Assembly (NCBI GenBank): GCA_951406725.2
Contig: OX597815.1
Location: 84,072,001 to 84,136,000 of the forward strand
From: Octopus vulgaris
Taxonomy: Eukaryota
Length of the DNA: 64,000 bases
Direction of reading: 5' to 3'
Shown here: one piece after another, positions 15,344 to 29,567 of the stretch
Layout of the letters: every line of letters begins with the position of its first letter
How positions within the stretch are numbered: position 1 is the first letter of the stretch
The notes under the pieces: generated by a model
What the model was told of the DNA's origin: nothing
Database searches by the model: none
The model's input: only the letters and a program-made list of their open reading frames with translations
Program-made: the position numbers and the translations under genes

Positions 15344-15714
15344 TCACAATAGAAATTACTGAAGTTCTGTTTTGTTTAATATATGTTGAAATGAATGAGC
15401 AATTATGAGACAAGTCATAAGTTGAATATAGCACTCTGTGTAATACTGTGAATAAATTCTGGGAAAGTGTAATATAAGTTTGATTGTAGGAGTTATACTA
15501 GAGGTTGATGACATTATGAATATAACATTTAGTATTTAACAAACAAAAACGTTTAACTTCACAGGTAAAAGAAATTGCTGAGAATACTCAAAACACAGGT
15601 ATTGCAAAATTAATGAGTTTTTAAATCATTATTACAGTATTTTTTTTTTATTTCAAAAAGAATTTTTAAAAAATAAAAACGCGAGATGTTATTCAGAATA
15701 TTAAGTTGAAAAGA

Positions 15715-15925
15715 GTTGACATGCTGGCAGAAACTTTAGGCACCATGCAAAATACCTAGGGGCATATTGTCTCGCTTTGTGTTCTGTGTGTGAATGCTGC
15801 TGGTGTCCGACTTTGCCTTTCATCCTTTCCCGGTCGATGAAATAAGAGCCAGTTGAACACTGAGATCGATGTAATCCATTTACGCCCACCCTCGAAACTG
15901 CTGGCCTTGGATTAAAATTAAGTTG
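15715..15925 (+). mobile_element. SINE family S1, decayed near-full copy
   Basis: gctggcagaaactttagg head and cgactttgcctttcatcctttcccggtcgatgaaataag core. Confidence 0.7.
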
Positions 15926-16395
15926 GAAAATCAGTTTCTAATACATTATTTATATTACTAATAACGTATTATGATGACTGGTAAATTTAAATCAAATTAT
16001 ACTTGATGGATACGTTATGTAGAATGTTCTAAAATGATTTAAAATGACACATTTCATCTGAGCTGAAAGGAGAAATCAAAAGATTCTTTAATGAAAAGAG
16101 GTCAATAATTTTTGAAATTTATGCATAAAATTTAATTGTGTACTCATGTAGCTAAGTATATCGCTTTATAATCATAAGGTACTGAGTTTTGATGCCAGAC
16201 TAAGGGATCATACTCAGGTCATTTATACTGTTGAGTCGAGTTTGCCAAAATGTTGTGAAGAAATTTCAGTTGAGAGAACGTTTGTAGAAGCCCACCTTTT
16301 GAATTGCATCTGAAATTCAAAAACTCAATCCAACTAATATGTCACGCTGAAAACGTCCTTATGGAATAGTGAGCTACATGCGTGTTAATTTCATA

Positions 16396-16652
16396 TGTGT
16401 GTGTGTGTGTGTATACGTTTATGAGCGTGTGTCTCTGTCTGTGTTTGTCCAGTCACCATCACTTGACACCCGATGTTGGTGTGTTTATGTCCCCGTAAGT
16501 TAGCGGTTCGGCAAATGAGACCGATGAAATAAGTATTAGACATGCAAAGAACAAAGCCTGGGGTCAATTACTTCGACTAAAGAACACTTTAAGGCAGTAC
16601 TCCAGTACGGCCGCATTCAAATGACTAAATAAGTAAAAGATTAAAAGAACAA
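16396..16652 (+). mobile_element. SINE family S2, 3' half
   Basis: ttggtgtgtttatgtccccgtaagttagcggttcggcaaa...cttcgactaaa...gtaaaagattaaaaga matches 50340-50515. Confidence 0.8.
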
Positions 16653-17264
16653 AAAAATAAGTGTATGTATATACGTGTGTGCGTGTGCGTGTATGTATAT
16701 GTAAATATATGTATGTATATATATTATATATAAATATTTGTGTGTGTGTGCATGTATGTATACTAAGGCAGTCAGAATGTGAGATGATTGTATATATTTT
16801 TATTTACTTTTTATTTATTTTTTTAGTGGTTTCTTCCGTTATCGGATTTATCAAAAGTGGTTTAAAGTTAGATTTCTTGGCCTTTTTATATATAAGAAAT
16901 TGTGGGGTTTACCAAGCAAAGGAAAAGAAAGAAGAAAAAGGTTAAAGAAGCAGGGGGGTAAAGGGGCGTGGCTTTTGTATTGATATGGTCAGAATTGTTT
17001 GTTTAATACTTAATGACCTTTTCGGGTAGGGAAGGTAAAAGAATCTTTGTATTTGAATTGGTCAAGGCTTTTAATTGAAAAACCAGATGTTTTTCACTTT
17101 CTTCAGTAAAAATTATAATTGCATTTCCATGTTTTGATTCTTTATTCCTTTGTATTCATTAATGGAGGGGAGGGGGTAAAGTGTGTTATTTGTATTAGTG
17201 CGATCAAATTTTTGTAGTAGTCAAGATTTTTAATTGAAAAATCAGATGTTGTTTTTGAGTAAGG

Positions 17265-17480
17265 ACTCCAAAGAAAAAAGCATGGAACACACTATTTCAT
17301 GTATTAACACACACAACCCTGGAATAACCAATATTTTCCACGTTATGCAACCAAAGCTACCAATGCTCTAACAGAACCCAAAATGAGAAAACTGATTGAC
17401 AAAAGCTACTTACGAAATAGTAAACACCCGGAAAAACCTTAGAAACAACTTACAATAGCAAAATTCACATAAAAAAAAAA
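17265..17480 (+). mobile_element. Penelope-like ORF fragment (RT-to-GIY-YIG linker region), decayed
   Basis: Reads ...THNPGITNIFHVMQPKLPML*QNPKMRKLI...SKHPEK..KQLTIAKF, resembling the THNP...SKRQPKNL..LTxAKF segment of Penelope-like ORFs. Confidence 0.55.
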
Positions 17481-17918
17481 CGAAACAGAAATCAGTCAGT
17501 CTAATCAGAAAGACAAATTTTATAGATTCTTTATACCATTTTTCACAAATTAATGTGGCACACATAATTAAGCTTTCATAAAATAAGTTGGCACAGGATT
17601 CATTCCAAATTGTTGCAGCCTACTGAACTGAACGATATGTATCAGCCTAGTGCTAGTCCAGGTCTCATTTCTTCCAGCACCGAATATTCTGCTTAGTCAA
17701 GGCTAGTAACTACACAATCACCTAAAATAATGATCCAAAGCATGGTGCAGGGAAACAAATTTTACTTGATTGCAAATGGCGCCCGTTGTTTTATACATTA
17801 ATCAATACTTATTCACATAGACGAACAGATAGATAAATAGATAGATTTCCATTAACTTAATTCATAACATGCTTTTCAAATATAATATCCTTAAATCCTC
17901 TTCTCTATGTTTTCCATA

Positions 17919-18306
17919 TCTCTATATATATAAACGGCAGTTTGTCTGTGCGTGTTTCTGTGTGTCTGTTTTCTCGTACCCTCACCCTGACCACGGCTTT
18001 CAACCGATTCTGATGAAACTTGACACACACATAGCCCAATGTCATAATTCAAAACTAACGCAGCGAAAATTTTGAAAAGTTAACCCCAGTTCTGAAAAAA
18101 ATCGATAAATTCGACATGGGGTCGAGAATAAAAAAAAACAAACCACAGACTGTCTAGGGGACGCAACTCAACCTTTTTTTACTCTCAAAAAAATATTTAC
18201 CATAATTTTTTTTCCATTTTTTTGCTATTTTTTGGCTATAACTCTCTAAAAATGCTTTATAGTTATTTCCCTTACAAACCTGAGCAACGCCGGGCGATAC
18301 TGCTAG
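17919..18306 (+). mobile_element. Non-autonomous Helitron
   Basis: A|TC 5' end (tctctatatatataaacggcagtttgtctgtg), 3' imperfect hairpin cctgagcaacgccggg followed by CTAG|T. No TSD. Confidence 0.85.
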
Positions 18307-20814
18307 TCTATTAATAAAGATGTTTTCGTTTTCTACATGTATATTTTTTTAACTACCCAACAGTTTTCTCTAAATTTCACTGGATGCAGCTTGTCTGAAT
18401 CTTACGTCAATATTAATATTCTCATCCAAAACATTCTTCTTTTCCATTTAATAATAGTGTTGTTTTTATGTTATAAAATTGCTTTTAGTAACACATCGTA
18501 TTTTACACGCATACATACATTTTATTGATTTTAAATTAGCTTGCTTGAGATAAGAGTTTTGTTTTATGAGAGAGATTGATTTATTTTCTTTTACTTGATC
18601 ATTCGAAAAACCTTTTATAATCCGTTGCATGGAAATTAAGAGGTACCCTTCTGTTAATATATTGAATTCTGGAGTATTTTTTTTTTAGTATTATGGCTTA
18701 TATTTATACAATTATGCATAATTTTTTCCACTAAAATCCTTTTCTATTATTTTATTTGAGTCGTTATTTCGTTTTGCTATTCATAACACCAAATACTTAT
18801 AGATCCAATTATTCCTTAGATAACTTTTCTTTATTTACACAAGCTTCTGTCTATACAAATGTTACGAAACATAAAAGGATTTCGAACAAAACAGGGTTTT
18901 CTTATTGATTCAGCAATATAGTTAATTGGATTTTTTAAATATCTTCTAATTTATCCAAATTTTACTGGCACTTTCCATCGAAATAATAATAGCAAACACG
19001 ATTGAGATTTAATCAAAATTTAATTGAGATTTAATCAAAACTTTTCGTGAAGATATTAAGGGTCTTCGGGGTATAAATACTAAAAACTGCATAATAGGAA
19101 AAGTCTCCGAACTTAATTTAATCCTGGAAGGGAAGTAACTCCTACCTTTCGGTTAGCCAGTGAGTTGACAACGAAAAATTACGATTTATTTTACACTGTA
19201 AATGTTTCCATTTTGTCAAATATTTCGCTTTTGCTAAACACAATATTTCTGTCATTCAGAAATATTTTGAAGTGAATGTGATTTCAAAAAGTGTAAGTTG
19301 TTTGTACAATAAATACTTATATTTTAGCTTTCTTTAAATAGACAATATTTTAATGTTTTATGAAATTATTTTGAAGTGAATACGATTACAAAAGTTTGGG
19401 GTGGAGGCATAAATATTTCGTGAAAGACACGTTCGTAATCTCAGTGTGCAATAATTTTTTCCATAGGTTTTGTTCGAGTGCATTCAACATATCTCACGTC
19501 CAAAGATTTGGCTGCTATTTTTAGCACGCCCTGCTATCACGTAACTGCCATTTGCGATAAAGGACCCGAAATACCTCTGTTACGTGGTAGCAGAAATAGC
19601 AAGCCAAATCTTCCTTTTTCTGGTTAAAGGAGCCGCTTACGCATGATTTCGATGTCACACTCGTTGAAAGCATGCAAGATAGTCTGGAAAAGAAAAAAAA
19701 ACACGAAGCAAAACTCAGAAACTGAGACTTTCTGGGAAACTCAGACTTTCCTGGTGACGCAACGGGTCACGTTAGTCCAGTGTGTGTGTGTGTGTGTGTG
19801 TATTCTGAAACGTGGATGTTCTATCAGAACAAACTATACTGCGGTATTGGCTTCTTTGTGCAAAATGAGATAACTTTGCAATACGTCTAGAAACCCCAAC
19901 ACGAAATCTGATCTCTGATTTTAACTCATGTGATGATTACTGCAGTTTATCTAAGCTACACGGAATTAACAAATTATGTTTGTGAATCTTTGGTATAAAC
20001 CACACTGAAAATCATGTCCTTGTCAACAAAACGTTGCTGCTAATAATAATCTATCACATTTGATAAGTTTCTTATATTTAATTTCCTCGGTGTAACCAAA
20101 ATTACCATGACAGTAAGTTTTCGTTCGCGTTAAATATTTGGTAAGGTTACATATTTTGCTAATTACTCTACATGAGGATATTTTCAGTGAAGATATCTCC
20201 TCCTATGTGGAATTATATCGTGCAACACTTGTTTCCGGTTCCACACCAGAATGCGTGATATGGAACGCATATAATGTAAAGAAGTGATTGAATGTAAGTT
20301 TGCATTTTGTTGCAAGTGACATACAAAGATGAGTGGATTGCGATACATAACTGTGAGTTCACATAATGCTCTCTCTTAACAGGGGTCATGATTTCGCCCA
20401 CAGCACGGCACGCTATCACGAGTTTCCATACAAGTCTCATGTGTCTTTTCGCTACAATATAGTTAATTAGACATTAGCTACCAATTTTCGTTTCCGAAAA
20501 ATAATTCATAAATTTAAAAATAAAATAACAACTTTTTCCTCGCGAGGGATCTTCACTAAATTTTAAATAATTCCTTTCATTGATGATCGCTAACTTACGA
20601 CTCTTTGCTTCTGATTGAATTGATTCGTGTCATAAAATAACTCCAACCGTTTCCTCGATATCCAATGGTTATCTTTGCATGCCAGCACATCCAGATGGTA
20701 GAAACTATGGCAAGCCAATAATCTATTTGCAACTTCAAATAGATTAATTTAACTGCTGATCTTTGACACTTTTACACTTTGTATTCTCCCCAGTATTAAA
20801 CAACAACAATTTCG

Positions 20815-21079
<265 letters not shown>

Positions 21080-24000
21080 TAGAAAATTAAAAAAGGGTGC
21101 AACAAGACAGATTCACATCAAACATTGAATTCATTGATAGAAATCAAACATGTATAAACATGCAAGCCTCTCTAGTTATTAATCGCTGCTTCATCATCAT
21201 ATGCTTGCATTATATTGAATTTATTTGAGAGATTAAATACAAAAATGAGGAAACTAGTAACTATGATATAAAGCTACCATTGCAAAACTGATAAAGATAT
21301 ACCGCATACAAAACGGTGGATCTCTGTAGAAATAGAAAACCACTACAAAATAACAAGAGTTGGACAAAAGCGAGCAAAGGAAAACTCCTACTGCAATAAA
21401 GACACTTGGGATAAAAAGGCGTTTTGCTTTTATATATAAGAAAGCAATATAAGTTATTTAATTACACCGAAGAAAAAGAATTGGATATGGACAAAGCAAT
21501 GGGAAACGTTAAACTAAATCATAAAAATAAAATAAAACATAAGCAATTATTTTAAATACTGAAGACGGAGAGAAATTTAATACAGAGCTAACATGTAAAA
21601 GTTTATGATGCAGTGCATTTAGCTGTTGACGCGATGGTGTCTGTGAATATTCTAGAACTTAACAAAGACAGTGACGATTTAGAAAACCAATTCGTTACAC
21701 TTCTTATAAAGTACACGCTACATTTGTGCATTTTTTCTTCACTAAATCGCAACGTTAGTTGTTTGCGGCTACACATTATTCATGTATACTCAGTATCACA
21801 ATAGTATATGAGTAACTCTCTCAACCACCAGTCTAATTCTGTTACTGTCTGATTCATCAATGATATATTATTCGGGGATAACATATATTTTTCAGTCATT
21901 AAGCACGTCACCTACCGATGGAATAATTTCTGCACACTTCTGTATACTTTGCAACACAAGGTATTGTGTTTGACGCCATTTTCAGCTAACCTTCAAATAT
22001 ATACACTTTATTGAGTTGTCTTTGTTTGCTTTCCAAACCTAACCTTTCAAATTACTTTTAAGCATTACTAGATGTAGTTCAACTATGAAGCGTCCCACAA
22101 CGTGTGTTAAATACTACCTTAGCTCTAGATAAACTATTGGTGTTTTTGGCACCTAGCGCCTTCTCAATCAGCACAGCACCATTGTAACATTTAATTTTTT
22201 GTGGTGGTGGGTGTGGGTTTCAACATTTTGATTAACCACTCATTGTTACCGGGGCAACTATGAAACACATTCATCACTTCAGGCAGCTAAGTGAGAAATT
22301 TCAGTATGTTTTTGTCTTTAATCTAAATCCGTTCCTTGTTTTTGCTTCATGTGTATTTTGTTATTATGCTCCTGTCTTCCGTTTCTCCCCAATCTGCAAC
22401 TTCTTTAGTGCCACGGAACATTATGGCAGAACTACAGTAAGGACCTTTCATCCAGTTCTCTGCTAGAGAAGAGTATCCTTTGATTTCAAACTGTCCTACT
22501 TCATTGGTTCTTATTGCATATTTCACTGAGAATGAGGCGATTCTGTTTGCTTTTACTTCTGCTGTGGCTCTACAAGCATCTATTATAACAGCATCAGAAT
22601 CGGTAATGGCCTCACACCAGAGATGTGATATTGCTGTCTCTTTAGCTACCTGCTGCTCTTGTTCGTATCTAAAATATTCTGTTCTAGTTTCATCGATTGC
22701 TTTACATGCATGTTATGCCTTCTTTTTTGACCCATCAGTATCATTAACGTCCACACTGAGGAATAACTCAGAGATAAACTTTTAATCTTCCGTGTCATGA
22801 TGACACGGTTTTGTTGCGACCACTGCACTACTTACGTGCAAAGGAAACAAGCAGCGAATGATCAATGTCATCACCAAAATCTCTAGCCATATTTTTTGTA
22901 TTCCATCTTACTTTTGTAGAGCAACAGCAGCAAGTGAGCTTGCATGTGATGCCAGGTCTGCAACTCCATTAAAGTAGCGAGCCGTGGAAATACATACATG
23001 ATTGAGAGAGACCTAGTATTTGTCACTTCAAGAATCTACAATTTTAACGTATACATATGCATCATCAGCATCGGCATTCTAAACCCACCACGCAGAATTT
23101 ACTAGCAACAGATAGTCTTTGTAACTAATCTAACCATCTGAAGAGAAAAACAAATGCATCGTTTGTTTCAGACGAAAGCTAGACCTAGACTCACTAGTTG
23201 GTAGTAACAAAAATTATGCTAAATTATATGTTCTCAACCACTACTTTACCTTTCAATGAAAGCTTTCTTTCATCACATTTATGTGTGGTATTCCCTTTTT
23301 GTAAGTTCTTTCAGTTCCAATGTACCAGGAGACATAGCCCGAACCAAACACTAAACATGTAAATAGAGTCTTTGGTAAAATAACTCACGTCTGTCGTAGG
23401 TGTAGAATTGTTTCATAAGGAGAAATCCCACCAACTCGAATTCCTTTAGTGGCATGTTGACTTAGCTGATTTCCGTTATAATTATCATATGTGCTGTACT
23501 AAAGTGATGGATACAGTTTAATACCATTCTTTTCTTTGTGAAACTTTGTATGTTATCAACAGCATTGACATAAATCCGTTTTATTCGGTTCGTCTTTCAT
23601 CCATAGTTTAATGGGAATTTTTATTATCTTGGCAGAATATTAATTATCGTATTGAACTGTACTTTTCGTTATAACTTAGTCATAACAGTTATGTATATAC
23701 TTCGCCTGCCTTGAATAACTTTATTGCTGGTTTAGTTGAAGGAAAATTCCATCACCGTCTTTTCATACTCAGAAAAGTTTCAAGCGATCCATTAATATTA
23801 GCTAGATTATTCATTTGTTAGGTTTGATTTGAGTTTATCTCGGTCTTCTCTTTCATTGAAACAATCAAATGGGTATAATGATTGACCTTAAAAATTACCA
23901 ATTTTAATCTCAATTTAACTGAGTGATCTTTGACTGCAGGCGAATGTCGATTTGAAATGAGTCATGATTACAGCAATAACATTCTCAATATCTTCATTGA

Positions 24001-24487
24001 TGTCAAATGATTTCAGGTACTTAAGTATTCTGAAATAAGAAATTTTGTTATATTTTATGAGTTATTTGACAGAGCCATCACATCAGCTCCTGTTTTTTTT
24101 ACATATTGTGATTCTAACTCTCACTTTCATGAATTATACTTCTTTCTTATGCATTCTTAAACGTTCTGCGCTTCTTGTAAATGAGAATTGCGTAGATTTT
24201 AACTCATTTTGTGTTGTTTTATGTGCCTATGCTCTTCCACTAAATTTTTAATAGATCTCAAATAGTCTTTGTCTCCCATTCACCGGATCTAGTGAGCATT
24301 TCCGACAATTTTACGTATTTAAATGTTCCGAAACTATTCTTATATTCCTGGTTATTCTTTTATTTAGTTGCTTGCGCATCATTCCTATATATCTATTATT
24401 TTGACTTATTGGATTTTTATACTGGTGTTGGTAAATATTTCTCTGTGCTAATCTGGGATTTCATTCTCGTATATTGACCTATTTGTT

Positions 24488-24640
24488 TCAGCCATCAGAC
24501 TGCGATCATGCTGCGGAACGGATCGACCCCAATACTTGTATTTTTTAACGTCTGGTACTTATTCCATCGGCTTTTTCAAAACCGCTAAGTTACTGCGAAG
24601 TAAATACAACAAAAGCCCTTTCTCAAACAGTGACGGTGGC
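24488..24640 (-). mobile_element. SINE family S2 3' fragment
   Basis: tgtttcagccatcagactgcgatcatgctg...tggtacttattccatcgg...ccgctaagttac is the reverse complement of the S2 3' half. Confidence 0.6.
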
Positions 24641-24942
24641 TCAATCCGGAGAGAGTGGTACTTTCCAAATCGCCAATAAAATCTTAGCCTCATGCTAAAA
24701 TTTCGTATCTAGAATTCAGCAGTGAGATAGAGTTCTAAGATCTGAAAAGGATCTGAGTTCTTTCAGCTACGCATAGCTTACATTATTTTTATCCGTTCAC
24801 ACACTTTGTGGATTTTTGGATTATATTTTGGATTATATTGCACTTTTCATATGTAACAAATACATACATGCATACGTACATACATACATACAGACAGACA
24901 GACAGACAGACAGACAGATAGATAGATAGATAAATAGATTGG

Positions 24943-24984
<42 letters not shown>

Positions 24985-25250
24985 TATAGTTATATTGACA
25001 GACAGATAGACAGGCAGACAGACAGACAGACAGATAGATAAATAGATTGGTAGATAGATAGATAGATAGATAGATGAATTTAAGGTCCATATTTAAGATC
25101 CATATATATATGTATGTATGTATGTGTGTATGCATGCGTGCATGTATGTATGTATGTATGTATGTATGTATGTATGTATGTATGTATGTATGTATGCATG
25201 TATGTATGTATGTATGTGTGTGTGTATGTATATATGTGTGTATGTATGTA

Positions 25251-25402
25251 AGAGTTTTCTTTTAGTATCCATCTACTAAATCCGCTCACAAGGTTTTCTA
25301 CTATAGTAGAAGATATTTGCCAAAAGAACCGCGCAGTGGGACTGAAGTCGGAACCTTGTACTTAGGAATCAAACTTCTTACCACACAGCCACGCCTGGGC
25401 CT
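25251..25402 (-). mobile_element. SINE family S2 5' half
   Basis: ccgcgcagtgggactgaa...aacttcttaccacacagccacgcctg is the reverse complement of the S2 head. Confidence 0.75.
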
Positions 25403-26997
25403 CCACACAACCGGTGACTGATATTTTTATTTATTTATTTTATTTTATTCATATTATTTACTTGCATTGCGTTTGGTTGCATCACGTTTATATGTGACCT
25501 TAATGCTTCCTTTATATACTTATTGTTGCATAGTAAATGTGATTTAAGTAATATCTATTTCTCTTTTCTAGGTGTAAATATTTTATAGTATAGATTTGTA
25601 TTTCTTGCCATTTGATATTATTTCAGATTTTTGTTGTTAATTTGTATATTGACTATTGTGATGGATTCCTACTGCGAACACTTGTATCTTTTTTGCAGCT
25701 GTGTGTTCAACCTATTATTTTATCCCTTCTCGGTACTTGATTTCGATTATTTTTTCTTGTTATTATTTTTAAGGGATCATAGTTCTGCGTTTGAATGTCA
25801 ATCTTTTACTCGGATATAGTTCCCCTTACGTATCAAACAGAGTTTTTTGAAATTTTTGTTGTAGCATTTGAGTAATTGTTTTTTCATTCCTGTTCTATAT
25901 GTGACATTTCCATTTAAATTCACATAAAATTGTAAAATCGCAATATACACTTTCGGTGCATCCTTTTCATTAATTATAAGTTGCTCAAATATTCTGTTGT
26001 GTACACTGAAATACCTATCTGCTCTTACATCTAGATTCAAAAGCTTATGTATACAGATGATATTACTCTGTTATCATCCCTAAAATTTCCTGCGCAGACG
26101 CTAACCAAATACATTCTCGACGTCTCACGCCAGATATACGCAGCTTCTGTAACAGACCTGGAAATCATCTACAAGATTTGTAACACTTTTGTCTCCTTCA
26201 GCATAAGTAGGACACGACTGTTACAGATATCACTGATGTAGGATTGCATCATTTCCCTTCATACGAATAAAAATGAGGATATTCTGCTGCTCAAAACATA
26301 AATATTGCCGGATGAATAAAAGCGGGCAATTTATATGAATGCATTTACATACCATCACTGAAACAGATGTACACCCCAGAACACGCATGCTCCGTAGAAT
26401 TCTGCTATTTCAATGAAACTCTTTAGAGTTCACCTTCTGACAACATTTTTCTGCAGGGTTAATGTACAGAATTAAAAATAGAGTTTCAGCAGTATAAACA
26501 TAAAATTCTTTGCCGGAATAGGAAATTCTGTAGACACTGCATTTCAATCTTATACAACTTTTAAAAACGACAGCATGTATAAAGTTACTATGTAGACTTT
26601 TACATATTATAAACTATCCAACGACAAACTACATCACATCTCACTGGATAGGTAGTCACATGTTCCTTACTCTTCACAACCAGCTGTTATTAAATTTATA
26701 TATGTTTTTATGCATCCTTTCAATGCAAACACGCACTGTGCCGTCGTTACGAACCACTCTGGATTTTATCTCCAGTTAGTATCCGATATATTCTTTGTCA
26801 CTAAACTTCAAGCCCTCCTAGGAGGGATGCAGATTCACAGCAAAAATTAAGGGACACTTTCAGAGCAAAGACAAATGCAACCAATACCATCAATGTCCAA
26901 ATGCTGACTACATTAAATTTCACACTATTATTAAAACATACAACAGATTAAGCAAAAATAAATCTCTGAACGAGATGTAAACAGTAACTGCACGAAA

Positions 26998-27301
26998 ATG
27001 TGAGGTATACTAGCCATCTCAATATGGCTAACCACTAAGGGTGGGTGTTACTGTAGCTTGTAGCCCCAGGAGCTCATCGTCTCCAGCTGGCTTTAAGCAC
27101 ACTTTATGTGCCCTTATGGTATTTGCAAAGGGAGGTCATCCCTCCCTCGTCAACCTAAGTGATTCGCACGTACTGCAATCCGTAAGAGCACAGAAAGTGT
27201 GCCTAAAGCCAGCTGGAGACGATGTTCTCCTGGGGCTACAAGCTACAGTAACACCCACCCTTAGTGGTAAGCCATATTGAGATGGCTAGTATACCTCACA
27301 T
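26998..27301. mobile_element. Fold-back/MITE-like element with ~130-bp inverted arms
   Basis: atgtgaggtatactagccatctcaatatggc...ccagctggc is mirrored by gccagctgg...gccatattgagatggctagtatacctcacat. Few mismatches and a ~45-bp spacer. Confidence 0.85.
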
Positions 27302-27712
27302 ACAACAGATTGTCATTTTGAAATAATCACAGCTCCTTTACTATGCCATTTTATTATTCAAATGTGGGAGGGCATTTAGAAATTTGTTATATTTTGGCCG
27401 AGTAAGCATTTAAACATTTGAAATAGATTACATGCAACTGCATCTACTACATGCGCTTTGGTAATCAATTAATGACAAGTTTCTAACACTTTAATACCAG
27501 ACTTTCAAATCCTAACCGTGCTCATGGAGATGTATCATCTCTTTACAATGAAGTATTAAGATTATACAAACTGAAGATCAATTTAATTATAAAACGAAAT
27601 TAAGTATTGTTGAAAATTTCAGTAATGTTGGCTATCGAAACTCAGTACCACATTTAGCAAGACTACTTAATTATACACCTTCAGAAACAATTTTTATAAT
27701 GGTCTTCAAAAA

Positions 27713-27914
27713 TTGGTACAAGGCCAGCTGTTTCAGAGGAGGGAGTGAGTTGATTCCATCGACCCCAATATTCGAATTCTACTTATTTTATCGACCTCGA
27801 AATGATGAAAGGCAAAGTCGACATCGGGCGAATTTGAACTCAGAACGTAAGGATTGACGAACAGCCACGAAACATTTCCCCGGCGTGCTAAAGATTCTGC
27901 CAGCTCGCCTCCTT
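27713..27914 (-). mobile_element. SINE family S1, near-full copy
   Basis: ttattttatcgacctcgaaatgatgaaaggcaaagtcgac...gaatttgaactcagaacgt...gattctgccagctcgcc. Minus strand has A-box-like (tggcagaatc) and B-box-like (gttcaaattc) motifs. Confidence 0.8.
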
Positions 27915-28815
27915 AAACACCTCTCATATCACCAGTCATGCTCATAAATCATCATTAGTGAGGTTTTTGTTATATCTGTATGCACGTATTTATATAAATA
28001 GTTCATTTTACTACCCAGCTAAATCGACCAATGCCAGCTCGTGCTAAGATCTCCTTTCATTATTTATACGATCAATCATCAATAAACAGTCCTGTTGGGA
28101 TAAAATGGTTAGTCTATTATAATTTATACTCAGAAATATCAAAAAGGTAACTTACCTAACGCAATGCACAGAAAATTTCTTTTTGCCCAGGAACACTACA
28201 AACCGTAAATAATAGTATTTTCATTGAACTCCCGCTTCTTCAAAAGTTGCCTAAATACCTTGTCTACATATTCATCTTTACTGTTCACTGTTTCTGGGCG
28301 AATATATTTCACTGATAATTATAGCTCAACACAATATTACATCGCATACAACGTGGGCGATAAAATGGGACAATACCATAAATATTTGGTGAGTGACTCT
28401 TCGAACGAAGAGAGAGAGAATTTTCACATAATACACATAGCAAGATAAACAAATTACTTAAATCGTGAAACTATGGTAACTGAATAAATTATGCAATACT
28501 AGTTTAGCTGTATCTCACAAAACAGAGGAAATGATAACAAATTGGAAAGGTAACATCAATAATATATATAGAAATAGTTTTCCTCTCTTCGATCGACTGC
28601 AGATTTTTAGATTGTTTCAATTTCAGTTTTTACTGCATCTTCCAAATTGATGGTGATTCGTACTTTAGGATATGTTACGTTTCCTTCATTTTTAATGTTT
28701 AACACATTTTTACCTTATATACATACAAATAGAGGAGAGCTCATACATACCGGCACACGCGAAGTGCATATTCATTTAATGCACACATACGCGCATACAC
28801 ACACATATATGGATA

Positions 28816-29362
28816 TCTATTATATAAAATCCGTTCTGTCTGTCTGTCTGTGTGTCTTCTAGGATTTCGGGTATCCTCCATCCGATTGCGCTCAAATTTG
28901 ATATGTAAGATACCGACGGTATCAGGGCATGTATAAGTCTTGAAAAAATTACAAAAATCGATTCCAGGTGAGAATGTGATCGATAAAGTCGTGGGAACGT
29001 GCATTTGTACGCGCAACTACATCAGCTGTTGCGACCGATACTACGCGTACGCGAGAAAAATGCACGTGCAGTTTGCGCAAAAAAGCCGGCTGGCTTGAAA
29101 TAATGCCACAAAATGCAGTATGTATAAGCGACCAAAAAAGTAAGATGCAAAAGAGATATTTTTTTCAAACTTGGCATGAAGGAAGGAAAGACTATTTGGT
29201 TTCTCAAGAAGTTTTTTTTTGCCTTAACTTCGTTTAATAAAATCAAAAATTTTATTGACATAAAGGCATGCTTAATTATTTTTTAATGAAAAGAAAACAC
29301 TGATTGCTTTTTATTCAGCAGATATGATTCAGCACCGTCCATTGGACGGCGGCGTTTTGATA

Positions 29363-29363
<1 letters not shown>
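28816..29363 (+). mobile_element. Non-autonomous Helitron (second family)
   Basis: A|TC start (tctattatataaaatccgttctgtctgtctg), 3' hairpin ccgtcc-att-ggacgg (29335-29349), then ATAG|T as a CTAG variant. Confidence 0.75.
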
Positions 29364-29399
<36 letters not shown>

Positions 29400-29476
29400 T
29401 GTGTATATAAACACGTGTATATATGTATATGTATGTATACATATGGATATACTTAGATATATATATATATATATAT

Positions 29477-29478
<2 letters not shown>

Positions 29479-29566
<88 letters not shown>
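29479..29566. repeat. (GATA)n microsatellite
   Basis: Direct reading of the sequence. Confidence 0.95.

Positions 29567-29567
<1 letters not shown>

Larger units (their letters stand above)
22300..28224 (-). pseudogene. Putative decayed multi-exon protein-coding gene of unknown family
   Basis: 121 open codons at 22350-22712 (HACKAIDETRTEYFRYEQEQQVAKETAISHLWCEA...GYSSLAENWMKGPYC...). Acceptor tttttctcttcag at 23138, donor gtgagt at 23388, acceptor tttcttatttcag at 24030. Further protein-like frames at 25798-26260 and 26670-26950. Possible first exon at 28156-28224 with a gtaagt donor. Many stops; no homolog recognised. Confidence 0.4.

Noticed and set aside
19001-19040. 18-bp local duplication (also an 18-bp one at about 12989-13026)
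   Set aside because: Ordinary slippage-type micro-duplications.
19503-19611. Imperfect inverted repeat aagatttggc..gctattt / aaatagc..gccaaatctt
   Set aside because: Short and degenerate. It is probably a remnant of an old repeat, and I cannot assign ends or a TSD.
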